A stretch of DNA of 64,000 nucleotides. Origin: Spirochaetia bacterium (GTDB lineage: Bacteria > Spirochaetota > Spirochaetia > DSM-2461). The translations under genes and the position numbers were made by a program. The notes beneath the pieces are model-generated. The model was not told the origin of the DNA, did no database searches, and saw only the letters and a list, made by a program, of their open reading frames with translations. Shown here one piece after another: positions 48,908-58,116 of the stretch. The stretch covers positions 2,144,001-2,208,000 of the forward strand of contig CAXXIA010000002.1 of the NCBI GenBank assembly GCA_963666985.2, read 5' to 3'. Each line of letters opens with the position of its first letter. Within the stretch, counting starts at the first letter, position 1.

Positions 48908-50452
48908 TTATTTCCAATAAAAATCCTGAAAGTATGTAAAGGTTGCAGCATTAATATCAACACCGCCAAGATCTTTGTTGTAAGCGCGTATCCACAGATT
49001 CTGATAGAGCGGACACAGAACACATTGATCATTAACTTTTTCGATACATTCAGTTACAATTTTCAGACGAGCTTCGGTATCAACGGTAACCAAAGCCTTA
49101 TTGATAAGCGCATCAACTTCAGGATCGTTAAATCGGGCAAAGTTTGCAGCTCCGATCTGGGAACTGTGGTACACCCGTTTCATCCAACTAAGAGCATCGA
49201 AATTGGCCACGCCTCCCAAACTCGCGATAAAGTCTCCTTGAGAACATTTGGAAAGATAGGTTGCATATTCAATGGAAACGATCTCAGCGTTTATTCCTAT
49301 TTCAGCCAGATTTGCCTGGATAACTGAAGCTACCCTTCTTTTTTCATCATTTGTGCAAAGTATTGGAAACGAAAGGGTAGAAGGATCCACTCCTGATTCT
49401 TTTAGGTATTTTTTTGCCGCGTTTATATCATAGGAGACCGCATTCTTGGCGGAGAACCCTTGGAGGCCATTAGGAACGGCGGCTACTCCAGGACTGCCTC
49501 TGCCGTCCAATGCAACTTCAACAATACTTTTCTTATCGATAGCAGCATTTATGGCTTTTCTAAGAAGAACATTATTAAAAGGTTTAACCTCATGATTAAT
49601 ATCAAGATACATAAGGTTGCAGCTTTCTTTCATGAGTACTTCAGTTTCGGGATTCTCAGTCAACGTCGGCAGGTCAATTGTTGCAACGTCGTAGAGAAAA
49701 TCGACTTCACCTGCTTCAAGAGCGATTGTTCTTGAAGAACCCTCTGGGATAATTTTCCAAGTAAGGTATTTTATCGAGGGCATTCTTTCTTTGTCGAAGT
49801 ATTCTTCATTCATTTCAAATTCAAGCTTGTTCCCCAAGTCCCAATTGATGAATTTATATGGTCCTGTTCCGCAGGGTTCTGCGTTGAAATCATGTCCTGC
49901 ATCAATAAGTGCTTTGGGAAGTATTGAAAGTGTTGACTGAGTAAGATTCATAGGCAGCAGAGGAGATGGCTTTTTAGTTGTTATTTTAACAGTCAGATCA
50001 TCAATTATTTCAACGTCTTTAACATCGCTTATAAATGCTTCGGCGAATGACGATTCTGATGCATATTCGATAGTAGCCTTTACATCGGCTGAATTAAGAA
50101 TGCTGCCATCGTGAAATTTGACATTTGACTTCAGCTGCATTTCCCATTCTGTATCACTTAATGTTTTATAAGTATTGATTAGATCCGGTACCACTTTTAA
50201 GTCAGCATCTACTGTAAAAAGACGGTTATACATCAACATACACATTTCTTTACTCATTAATGATGTTTGATGAGTAGGATCCAGTGTAGGTGGCTCGTTA
50301 GAGGAAGCAATGATGACAGTATTTCTTACAGGGGCTGAGACTGTTGCGTCTTCATTACCCTTATTGCCGCATCCGACCAGTAAAGCTGTCAATAATAACA
50401 GCAAGAGGAAGAGCATTATATAATTTCTCTTCTTTTCTTTTCTTTCTTTCAT
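48908..50452 (-). CDS. Peptide ABC substrate-binding lipoprotein (family 5)
   Basis: LLVGC lipobox; TLDP, VKFHDGS and GTGPYK motifs. Confidence 0.92.
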   Translation of the reverse strand: MKERKEKKRNYIMLFLLLLLLTALLVGCGNKGNEDATVSAPVRNTVIIASSNEPPTLDPTHQTSLMSKEMCMLMYNRLFTVDADLKVVPDLINTYKTLSDTEWEMQLKSNVKFHDGSILNSADVKATIEYASESSFAEAFISDVKDVEIIDDLTVKITTKKPSPLLPMNLTQSTLSILPKALIDAGHDFNAEPCGTGPYKFINWDLGNKLEFEMNEEYFDKERMPSIKYLTWKIIPEGSSRTIALEAGEVDFLYDVATIDLPTLTENPETEVLMKESCNLMYLDINHEVKPFNNVLLRKAINAAIDKKSIVEVALDGRGSPGVAAVPNGLQGFSAKNAVSYDINAAKKYLKESGVDPSTLSFPILCTNDEKRRVASVIQANLAEIGINAEIVSIEYATYLSKCSQGDFIASLGGVANFDALSWMKRVYHSSQIGAANFARFNDPEVDALINKALVTVDTEARLKIVTECIEKVNDQCVLCPLYQNLWIRAYNKDLGGVDINAATFTYFQDFYWK

Positions 50453-50561
50453 GCAGAATTTCCCCTTTTGGACTATTTTTACACAGTTCTATTTAAATAC
50501 GACTGTGCTTAATCGCTATGTGATGCTATTCCGCGGGTACAATACAGTTATGATAGCAAGC

Positions 50562-50590
50562 ATCATACGGATTGAGTTTTTTTATGTCAA
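50562..50590 (-). promoter_or_regulatory. sigma70 promoter of the peptide ABC operon
   Basis: TTGACA-N17-TATGAT; T-N11-A-type LysR box candidate just upstream (about 50598-50620). Confidence 0.7.
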
Positions 50591-50622
50591 AAGAAAATAT
50601 TTCACAAGGTTATGAAGAAAAT

Positions 50623-51543
50623 TCATACTGAAGATAAGGAATTTTGTAGTGATATAAATTCGTCTATGAATAATCGAAGAGAAGAATTAGTACTGTTTTT
50701 CTTGTATACCAATAAGACATTGAAAGATGTGTCAATATTATCAATTTCGGAATAACATAATTCATGTCCGCTTCTTTCCGAAATGGTTTTAGGAGCAACA
50801 GTGACATATTCTTCATTCATCAGCTGCATAAGCAAAGAATCGGCTGACGTCGGACTGTAACAGGGTTCTACTATTAAGGGCGGAGCATTCAACTTATTTC
50901 TTAATTCATTATTAATCAATTCGATTACCCATGTCGGAACATGAACTCCCTTGAGTACCTTAATATTTTTCATTTCTTGAAGTGTTATTTTCTCTTTTTT
51001 TGCAAGGGGATGATTTTTTGAAAGAAGGAAACGAAAATGTTCAGTTAAAAAAGGAATGACTTCATAATCATCATGTTCTTCCGGTAAAAAAATGGAAAAA
51101 AGCGTTGCAATATCAGCTTCTTCTGAATTCAAAGATTGAAAAATATTTGGAATGTTCTCAAATGAGCTGTTTGTAAAAACAAATTCTATATTTGGGTATT
51201 GGAGTTTAAATTGATTAAGTGCTTTTAGGAGAAATGGTAAATATGGTCCGATACAAGTCACTTTTATTGAACCCTGCTGACCGGTTCTAATATTCTTAAT
51301 TGTATCTTCCAGTTTGTTAAAATCAGCTACAACAGTAAGACTTTTTTCGTAAAAAGATTTACCCGCATATGTTAATTCCAAGGTATTGGTGTTTCTGTCG
51401 AATAGAGAGAGCCCAATTTCTTGTTCCAGCTGAGCGATGTTTTTACTTATGGTACTCTGATGTGTGTAGAGAGCGTTTGCAGCCAGAGTAAAACTTTTAT
51501 GTTCGGCAACAGAGATAAATCGTATAATTTGAGTCATTGTCAT
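50623..51543 (-). CDS. LysR-family transcriptional regulator
   Basis: SFTLAANALYTHQSTISKNIAQLEQEIGLSLFDR. Confidence 0.93.
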   Translation of the reverse strand: MTMTQIIRFISVAEHKSFTLAANALYTHQSTISKNIAQLEQEIGLSLFDRNTNTLELTYAGKSFYEKSLTVVADFNKLEDTIKNIRTGQQGSIKVTCIGPYLPFLLKALNQFKLQYPNIEFVFTNSSFENIPNIFQSLNSEEADIATLFSIFLPEEHDDYEVIPFLTEHFRFLLSKNHPLAKKEKITLQEMKNIKVLKGVHVPTWVIELINNELRNKLNAPPLIVEPCYSPTSADSLLMQLMNEEYVTVAPKTISERSGHELCYSEIDNIDTSFNVLLVYKKNSTNSSLRLFIDEFISLQNSLSSV

Positions 51544-51981
51544 GTCTTTTCCTCTACAGGTAATGTCATTCAAGGAACCGAGAGTCGGGATTATTATTTA
51601 GTTTTTTCCATATAATTAGGAATTATGACACAGTTTAGTTCTTATAGATTATATTTATCTGAATTATTTAGCAATTTAGCAATCCAATGACTCAAGAGGT
51701 GCAACCTTCGATAAACATGGCTTCATTGCATTTTTGGTGACTGTTTTTGTGAAGACAGGATACGATGAGTTTATTATCTCTCCGGCAGCAACTGTTTGTT
51801 TCCTCTATTTTAAATCCCACAACGATCTATCAGTGTATGGATCCTCTTAATCTGCGTTTTCCCGTCGATTAACCTTCGGAAAATCGTCCTTATTAGACAT
51901 TTACCCCTCCCCGAGGGCACGGAAACGCGGTACCATGGTAAATCAATCTGCGATTTTTCCGCTTCCAAGGAGTTAATAACA

Positions 51982-53661
51982 GTGTCAGACCGCGCCTTAC
52001 TCGGTGACGAAGCCGTCGCCCTCGGGGCCATGCACGCGGGCATCAGCTCCGCTTACGGTTATCCGGGGACTCCGTCAACCGAAATCATGGAATTTTTGAT
52101 GGCCGCCGCCGAACGCGGAGAGGCCGCCTCTCTTACGGCTCAATGGAGCAGCAATGAAAAGACCGCGATGGAAGAAGCTTTGGGCGCTTCCCTCTGCGGG
52201 AAAAGGGCCCTGGTTACCATGAAGCACGTGGGCCTGAACGTTGCCGCCGATCCCTTTATGAACGCCGCGCTTTTGGATATCAACGGCGGCCTGGTTGTGG
52301 CCGTGGCCGACGATCCGGGGATGCATTCCAGTCAGAACGAGCAGGATTCCCGGTATTACGCCGATTTCGCCATGATTCCCTGCCTGGAACCCACCAGTCA
52401 GCAGGAAGCCTACGATATGACCCGAACGGCCTTTGAGATGTCCGAGGCTCTTTCGGTGCCGGTGATGATCCGGCTGGTTACGCGGCTCTCCCATTCCCGG
52501 GCCGCTATTAAAGCAAAGGAGCCCCGTAACTCGAATCCCCTTTCCAAGGCTTCCGACCGCAAGGGCTGGGCGCTGATTCCCGCCTGGGCCCGCATTCGCT
52601 ACAGCGAGCTTATCGGCAAGCAGGAGAAGATGGCGGCGATGAGCGAAAACTCGCCGTTTAATACCGTTGTTCAGGGTGATCCCGACGGCGGTTCTCAAAA
52701 GAGCGGAGGCGGCGGCAATACCGGCAAGGGGAAACTCGGCGTGATTACCACCGGATTGGCGAAAAATTATTTCAACGAAAATGCCGCCGATTTGAATCGG
52801 CCGTATGTCCATCTTCACATCGGCCAGTCGCCCTGGCCCGAGAAAAAGATCGCCGATATTCTTGCTTCAACCGACGGACTGCTTGTTATGGAAGAAGGGA
52901 TGCCGCTGGTGGAACGCTACATCCGGGGTATCGGACGCGATTGTTCGAAAATATCCGGAAAGATGGACGGCACGGTTCCCCGCTCAGGCGAGCTGAATCC
53001 CAACAACGTCCGTGCCTCCATGGGACTCCCCCCCCGGCCCGCGCTGGATTTCAACCCCGGTGCTCTGCCGCCCAGGCCGCCGCAGCTCTGCCGCGGATGT
53101 CCTCATGAAGATTCGTTTCAATTTATCAAGGAAACGGCGGCAAGGCTCGATTCTTCGGTGGTTACCTCCGATATCGGCTGTTATGCCCTGGGCGTTCTGC
53201 CGCCTTATGAGGTTCCCGAAACCGTTGTGTGCATGGGCGCCTCGATTTCCATGGCCAAGGGCGCCGCGGAAGCCGGTCATCCCAACGTGATGGCGGTTAT
53301 CGGCGATTCCACCTTTTACCATTCCGGCCTGACCGGGCTTGTGGACTGCGTGGCGGACAAAGCCGCGGTAACGATTATTATCGTGGACAACTCCACCGTC
53401 GCCATGACCGGCGGACAGAAAACAATGCTTCCCTCCGCGCGTCTGCCCGAGGTGGTGGCCGGGCTCGGCATTGAGAAAGAGCATATCCGTGTGGTGAACG
53501 CTCTGAAGAAAGACCATGAAAAGAACATGGGAATCCTCATGGAAGAGCTGGCCTACAGCGGACCGTCGGTGATTATTTCCGTGCGTGAATGTCTTGAGGC
53601 GATTCGTAAGAGAAAATCCGCCGAGAAAGCCGAAGGTTCGGCCGAAGGAGGCGAGCGATGA
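51982..53661 (+). CDS. iorA: Indolepyruvate:ferredoxin oxidoreductase alpha subunit
   Basis: GYPGTPSTE, MKHVGLNVAAD, HSSQNEQD, LCRGCPH, DIGCY and GDSTF motifs. Confidence 0.93.
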   Translation: MSDRALLGDEAVALGAMHAGISSAYGYPGTPSTEIMEFLMAAAERGEAASLTAQWSSNEKTAMEEALGASLCGKRALVTMKHVGLNVAADPFMNAALLDINGGLVVAVADDPGMHSSQNEQDSRYYADFAMIPCLEPTSQQEAYDMTRTAFEMSEALSVPVMIRLVTRLSHSRAAIKAKEPRNSNPLSKASDRKGWALIPAWARIRYSELIGKQEKMAAMSENSPFNTVVQGDPDGGSQKSGGGGNTGKGKLGVITTGLAKNYFNENAADLNRPYVHLHIGQSPWPEKKIADILASTDGLLVMEEGMPLVERYIRGIGRDCSKISGKMDGTVPRSGELNPNNVRASMGLPPRPALDFNPGALPPRPPQLCRGCPHEDSFQFIKETAARLDSSVVTSDIGCYALGVLPPYEVPETVVCMGASISMAKGAAEAGHPNVMAVIGDSTFYHSGLTGLVDCVADKAAVTIIIVDNSTVAMTGGQKTMLPSARLPEVVAGLGIEKEHIRVVNALKKDHEKNMGILMEELAYSGPSVIISVRECLEAIRKRKSAEKAEGSAEGGER

Positions 53662-54224
53662 AATACGACATTATTTTGTGCGGCGTGGGCGGGCAGGGCG
53701 TACTGTCCGTGGCCGCCGCCATCGCCGCCGCGGCTGCGTCCGAGGGCTTGGAAGTGCGGCAGTCCGAGGTTCACGGCATGGCCCAGAGGGGCGGCGCGGT
53801 GATGAGTCACTTGCGTCTCTCCGACGAGGTTATTCCCGGCGATTTGGTGCCTCAGGGCGGAGCCGACATGATTCTTTCCATGGAGCCGCTGGAAGCCCTG
53901 CGCTACACCGCTTATCTGAAACCGGAGGGAACATGCGTAACCGCATCGGCTCCGTTTGTGAATATTCCCAATTATCCGGATCTGGATGAGCTGCTGGCCA
54001 AGGTTGAATCCATTCCTTCCTCCCGCGTGGTGGATGCCGAAAAAGCCGCCAAGGACGCCGGCAATCGCCGGGGCGTGAACATGGTGATGGTCGGCGCCGC
54101 TTCAACCCATCTGCCTTTGCCTGAGAAGGCTCTGGAATCGGCTATTTCCGATCTTTTTGCCCGGAAAGGCGAGGATGTCGTGAATCCGAACATCGCGGCT
54201 TTTCGGGCGGGCCGGGAGGCTTGA
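53658..54224 (+). CDS. iorB: Indolepyruvate:ferredoxin oxidoreductase beta subunit
   Basis: GVGGQG, SEVHGMAQRGG and EPLEALR motifs. Confidence 0.93.
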   Translation: MKYDIILCGVGGQGVLSVAAAIAAAAASEGLEVRQSEVHGMAQRGGAVMSHLRLSDEVIPGDLVPQGGADMILSMEPLEALRYTAYLKPEGTCVTASAPFVNIPNYPDLDELLAKVESIPSSRVVDAEKAAKDAGNRRGVNMVMVGAASTHLPLPEKALESAISDLFARKGEDVVNPNIAAFRAGREA

Positions 54225-54364
54225 GAGGTCTGATCGGCACGGAGGGAAGCCGCGCTTTGACGGTTTTGAGGCGGCTTTTACCCGTCTTGGAAGGTTTGAG
54301 CGGCGATACCGACTTTTGAGGCCCGCCTCATCGGTGCCGAATCGGCCGCTTTGGAGATGAACTG

Positions 54365-55675
54365 ATGACTGTTTACAAACGTGAAGAACTGGAATACCTC
54401 GACAGGCAGGCCCTGGAAGCGCTGCAGCTTCTTCGGCTGAAAAAGGTTATCGCCTGCGCATTGGCCACACCCTTCTATTCAGAACGCCTCGGCGGTGTCG
54501 GGATTTCAAGTCCGGAGGATATCACCTGCCTGAAGGATCTGCAGAAGATTCCTTATACAACCAAAAGCGATCTGCGCGATACCTATCCGTTCGGTTTGTT
54601 GGCGGTGGATAAGGAGAAGGTTATCCGGATGCATGCCTCCAGCGGCACCACCGGGAAACCGACGGTTATCTATTGCAGCCGGAACGATCTGAACCGCTGG
54701 ACCCACTTAACCCACCGTTCGCTTGTCGCCTGCGGCTGCGGACCGGCCGATGTGTTCCAGAACATGATGACCTACGGTCTTTTTACCGGCGGGCTGGGAC
54801 TCCACTATGGCGCGGAAGATTTGGGAATGTTCGTTATCCCTTCCTCCGGAGGCAACACCCATCGTCAGCTACAGCTGATGAGGGACTTCGGAACCACCGT
54901 GGTTCATGCCACTCCCAGCTACCTGCTCCATCTTCATTCTCAAATGGAGCAGGCCGGTATTTCCCTTTCGGATTTGAAGCTGAAAAAAGCCCTGATCGGC
55001 GCCGAACCCCATTCGGAAGATCTTCGCAGGAAGATCGAAGATCTCTTCGGCATCGATGCTTATAACTCCTACGGTCTTTCCGAGATGAACGGACCCAGCG
55101 TGGCGTTCGAGTGTGTTCATAAGAACGGGATGCACCTTTGGGAAGACGCCTACATCCCCGAGATTGTCGACCGTTCGACTCTTGAACCCGTACCCGAAGG
55201 CGAGGTTGGAGAGCTGGTCTTAACCAATTTAATCAGGCATGCTTCGCCCATTATCCGGTATCGAACCAAAGATCTGACTCGAATCGTTCCCGGCAAGTGC
55301 GCCTGCGGACGCACCGCCCGCAGAGTGGACAGAATGAAAGGCCGCACCGACGACATGCTTATCATCAACGGCGTCAATGTCTTCCCTTCCCAGATAGAAG
55401 AAGTGGTGATGCGGTTCCCCGAAGCCGGGAATAATTACCGCATTCTTGTAAAGAAGAAGGGAACGCTGGACGTCCTAATCGTTGAACTGGAAATCGGGCC
55501 CGCCGTTCTTACCGATGATACCCGGGATCTTTATGCCCTCAAGCGCCGTCTCTCCGACGCCTTGAAGGCCAGCATATCCATTAATCCGAACATTGAATTC
55601 CACGAGCCGGGCCGGCTTCCCGTTCAGGAAGGCAAGGCCATCCGCGTCGTGGACGAAAGGGGGAACCTCTATTGA
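54365..55675 (+). CDS. paaK: Phenylacetate-CoA ligase family (paralog 1)
   Basis: HASSGTTGKP, GLFTGGLG, YGLSE and GRTDDMLIINGVNVFPSQIE motifs. Confidence 0.9.
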   Translation: MTVYKREELEYLDRQALEALQLLRLKKVIACALATPFYSERLGGVGISSPEDITCLKDLQKIPYTTKSDLRDTYPFGLLAVDKEKVIRMHASSGTTGKPTVIYCSRNDLNRWTHLTHRSLVACGCGPADVFQNMMTYGLFTGGLGLHYGAEDLGMFVIPSSGGNTHRQLQLMRDFGTTVVHATPSYLLHLHSQMEQAGISLSDLKLKKALIGAEPHSEDLRRKIEDLFGIDAYNSYGLSEMNGPSVAFECVHKNGMHLWEDAYIPEIVDRSTLEPVPEGEVGELVLTNLIRHASPIIRYRTKDLTRIVPGKCACGRTARRVDRMKGRTDDMLIINGVNVFPSQIEEVVMRFPEAGNNYRILVKKKGTLDVLIVELEIGPAVLTDDTRDLYALKRRLSDALKASISINPNIEFHEPGRLPVQEGKAIRVVDERGNLY

Positions 55676-56973
55676 TCTGGAACGCAGTTAGGGAATCGGA
55701 AGCGCCGGAGAAACGGCGCGCACGGCAGCTGGCGGACCTTAAGGATCTGGTGGCCAGACTCTACAATCGGGTGGACTTTTACCGGAATCGTATGGATGAA
55801 GCCGGTGTAAAGCCCGCGGATATCGAAACGCTTGAAGACATCGCCAAGCTTCCCTTTACCACGAAGGACGACATGCGCGAAACATATCCCTATGGGCTGT
55901 TGGCCTCGGATATGGAAGACATCGTCGAGGTTCATACCTCTTCGGGGACCACCGGCACGCCGGTGGTGGACGCCTATACCCAGAACGACATGGATATCTG
56001 GGGCGAAGTAATGGCGCGATGTTTGATGATGGCCGGCGCCGAAAAGGATGATGTGATTCAAAACGGCTACGGCTACGGCATGTTCACCGGCGGTTTGGGC
56101 GTTCATTACGGATCGCACACCATCGGATGCAACACCATACCCGTCGGCGGCGGCAACACCGAGCGGCAGCTGCAGCTGATGAGGGACTTCGGATCAACCA
56201 TCCTGACCTGTACTCCCAGCTATTCGCTTTATATGGCCGAAGTCGCGAAAGAGATGGGCATCGATATGGCGTCTTTGAAGCTCAAGTCCGGCATCTTCGG
56301 TGCCGAGCCCTGGAGCGACAACATGCGCAAGGAAATCGAAGAGAAACTCTGTCTGAATGCCTACGATATCTACGGCCTGACGGAAATTATCGGTCCGGGC
56401 GTATCCAACGAATGTTCCGAGCATAACGGTCTGCATGTGAATGAGGACCATTTTTATCCTGAAATCATCGATCCAGCGACGGGCAAGGTGCTTCCGGACG
56501 GGGAAAAGGGAGAACTGGTTATCACCACGCTGACGAAAACCGGTACGCCCATTCTTCGTTATCGTACCCGCGACATCACTTGGCTGGAGCGGGGAGAATG
56601 TCCCTGCGGCCGGAACCTTGTCCGCATGCATCGTCTGCTCGGCCGCACCGACGACATGATGATTATTCGCGGCGTGAATGTGTTCCCGTCCCAGATTGAG
56701 AACATCCTGATGGAGATTGAGGAGACTCAGCCTCATTACCAGATTATTATTGATCGCGGCGAATCCCATCTGGACAACGTGGAACTGCAAGTTGAAGTGG
56801 AGCCCAAGTTCTTCTCCGATGAAACCAAGGCGCTTGAAGGGATCAGCCGTAAAATCGCCCGGGCCATGAAGGATAAGCTTGGAGTGAACCTGCAGATCAA
56901 GCTCGTGGAACCGAAATCCATCGAGCGAAGCATGGGAAAAGCAAAACGCGTTATCGATAAAAGGACCCTGTAG
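55672..56973 (+). CDS. paaK: Phenylacetate-CoA ligase family (paralog 2)
   Basis: HTSSGTTG, GAEPW, YGLTE and GRTDDMMIIRGVNVFPSQIE; TTG start overlaps the upstream stop. Confidence 0.9.
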   Translation: MIWNAVRESEAPEKRRARQLADLKDLVARLYNRVDFYRNRMDEAGVKPADIETLEDIAKLPFTTKDDMRETYPYGLLASDMEDIVEVHTSSGTTGTPVVDAYTQNDMDIWGEVMARCLMMAGAEKDDVIQNGYGYGMFTGGLGVHYGSHTIGCNTIPVGGGNTERQLQLMRDFGSTILTCTPSYSLYMAEVAKEMGIDMASLKLKSGIFGAEPWSDNMRKEIEEKLCLNAYDIYGLTEIIGPGVSNECSEHNGLHVNEDHFYPEIIDPATGKVLPDGEKGELVITTLTKTGTPILRYRTRDITWLERGECPCGRNLVRMHRLLGRTDDMMIIRGVNVFPSQIENILMEIEETQPHYQIIIDRGESHLDNVELQVEVEPKFFSDETKALEGISRKIARAMKDKLGVNLQIKLVEPKSIERSMGKAKRVIDKRTL

Positions 56974-56985
56974 GAGGTATCGGAA

Positions 56986-57402
56986 ATGAAAACAACCCAA
57001 ATATCCGTGTTCATGGAGAATAAAAACGGCCGGCTGGCGGAAATCACCAAGCTTCTGGCCGCCAAGAACGTCAGCCTTCGGGCCGTCACCATCGCCGATA
57101 CCGCCGATTTCGGCATTCTGCGTCTTATCGTGAAGAATCCCGATTACGCCCGCGATGTCCTTTTGGAAGCCGGATTCACCGCCAAGGAAACCGAAGTTTT
57201 GGCCGTGGCCATGGAGGACGAACCCGGCGCTCTGGCCAAAGTGATGGAGCTTTTCGAAGAGAATTCCGTGAACATTGAGTATCTTTATTCCATCATGGCC
57301 GGAAAGGGCGGCATGGCCGACATCGTGTTCAAGGTGGAAGATCTCAATCACGGAGAAAAGATTCTGAAGCAGGCCGGGTATAACAGACCTCTGGATCTTT
57401 AG
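56986..57402 (+). CDS. ACT-domain (amino acid-binding) protein
   Basis: QISVFMENKNGRL, IADTADFGILRL and NIEYLY motifs. Confidence 0.9.
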   Translation: MKTTQISVFMENKNGRLAEITKLLAAKNVSLRAVTIADTADFGILRLIVKNPDYARDVLLEAGFTAKETEVLAVAMEDEPGALAKVMELFEENSVNIEYLYSIMAGKGGMADIVFKVEDLNHGEKILKQAGYNRPLDL

Positions 57403-57404
57403 AA

Positions 57405-57880
57405 GGTCCAATTTGTAAAGAAACTTCAGGAATTGTGATGTCTGATGAAAGCTGTAGGCGTAAATCGACTCGACAATTCCATGAAGTTTCACGGATTGGA
57501 CCGAAGCTCGCTTTCCGGCCCCAACAAGGTCCAATTCGTAAAGAAATTATAAAAGTGCTCGCGGTTCGACATTGCCGAACACGCTGTTTGGCGATGTCTC
57601 GAGTGAGCAGCGCGGAAGCGGACTCGGAACAAGGGGCGTACCGCAGATGCAAAGCACCGAGGAACGTAAACAGCCGTGGGCCGGAGCTTGGTGAGTACCA
57701 TGGCGAGCACCCGGCACTACTTTTTTATAATTTCACGAATTGGACCGAAGGCCGAGGAGAGCGAGAGAAGTGTACAAGCTTGCTTGGACATTCCAGAGCC
57801 GACGAAGGGCGCCACCCGAGGTGAAGCTCGCTTTCCGGCCCCCGCAAGGTCCAATTCGTAAAGAAATTACTCAAGTGCTC
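57405..57880. repeat. Cluster of hairpin repeats (REP/MITE-like): units 57405-57502 and 57528-57746, plus a partial unit from 57848
   Basis: Arms GGTCCAATT(C/T)GT...ACG(A/G)ATTGGACC; 45/47 direct repeat between 57503-57549 and 57823-57869. Confidence 0.85.
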
Positions 57881-58116
57881 ATGGATCGGTGCCGTTGAAT
57901 TGCCTTGCCGGCTTTGAAGTTCAGCGGTGCCGAATTATATACGGACAGGAGCAGATGTCTCGGCCGGATCGGCGCGGTATATCTTATTTTTCCGGCCGGC
58001 CGGATGATTTTTCATCCCCGGAGAATCTTAAAAGCCTAATTCCCCAAAAAAACAGTTGCATTGCAAGACGGCAAATTTTACACTAGGTTTTGATATATTC
58101 TGAAAAGGAGAAATGA

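Larger units (their letters stand above)
43985..51850. other. AT-rich, probably horizontally acquired island
   Basis: Visibly lower GC and A/T-ending codons than the flanks; boundaries approximate. Confidence 0.7.

Noticed and set aside
57436..57475. Hammerhead ribozyme (CTGATGA present)
   Set aside because: I could not build a correctly placed GAAA or the three stems.
57435..57824. 129-aa ORF
   Set aside because: It lies wholly within the hairpin repeats and has no RBS or protein-like composition.
57405..57880. CRISPR array linked to cas3
   Set aside because: There are only 2-3 units, the intervening lengths are very unequal, and the arms are inverted rather than forming a direct repeat-spacer pattern.
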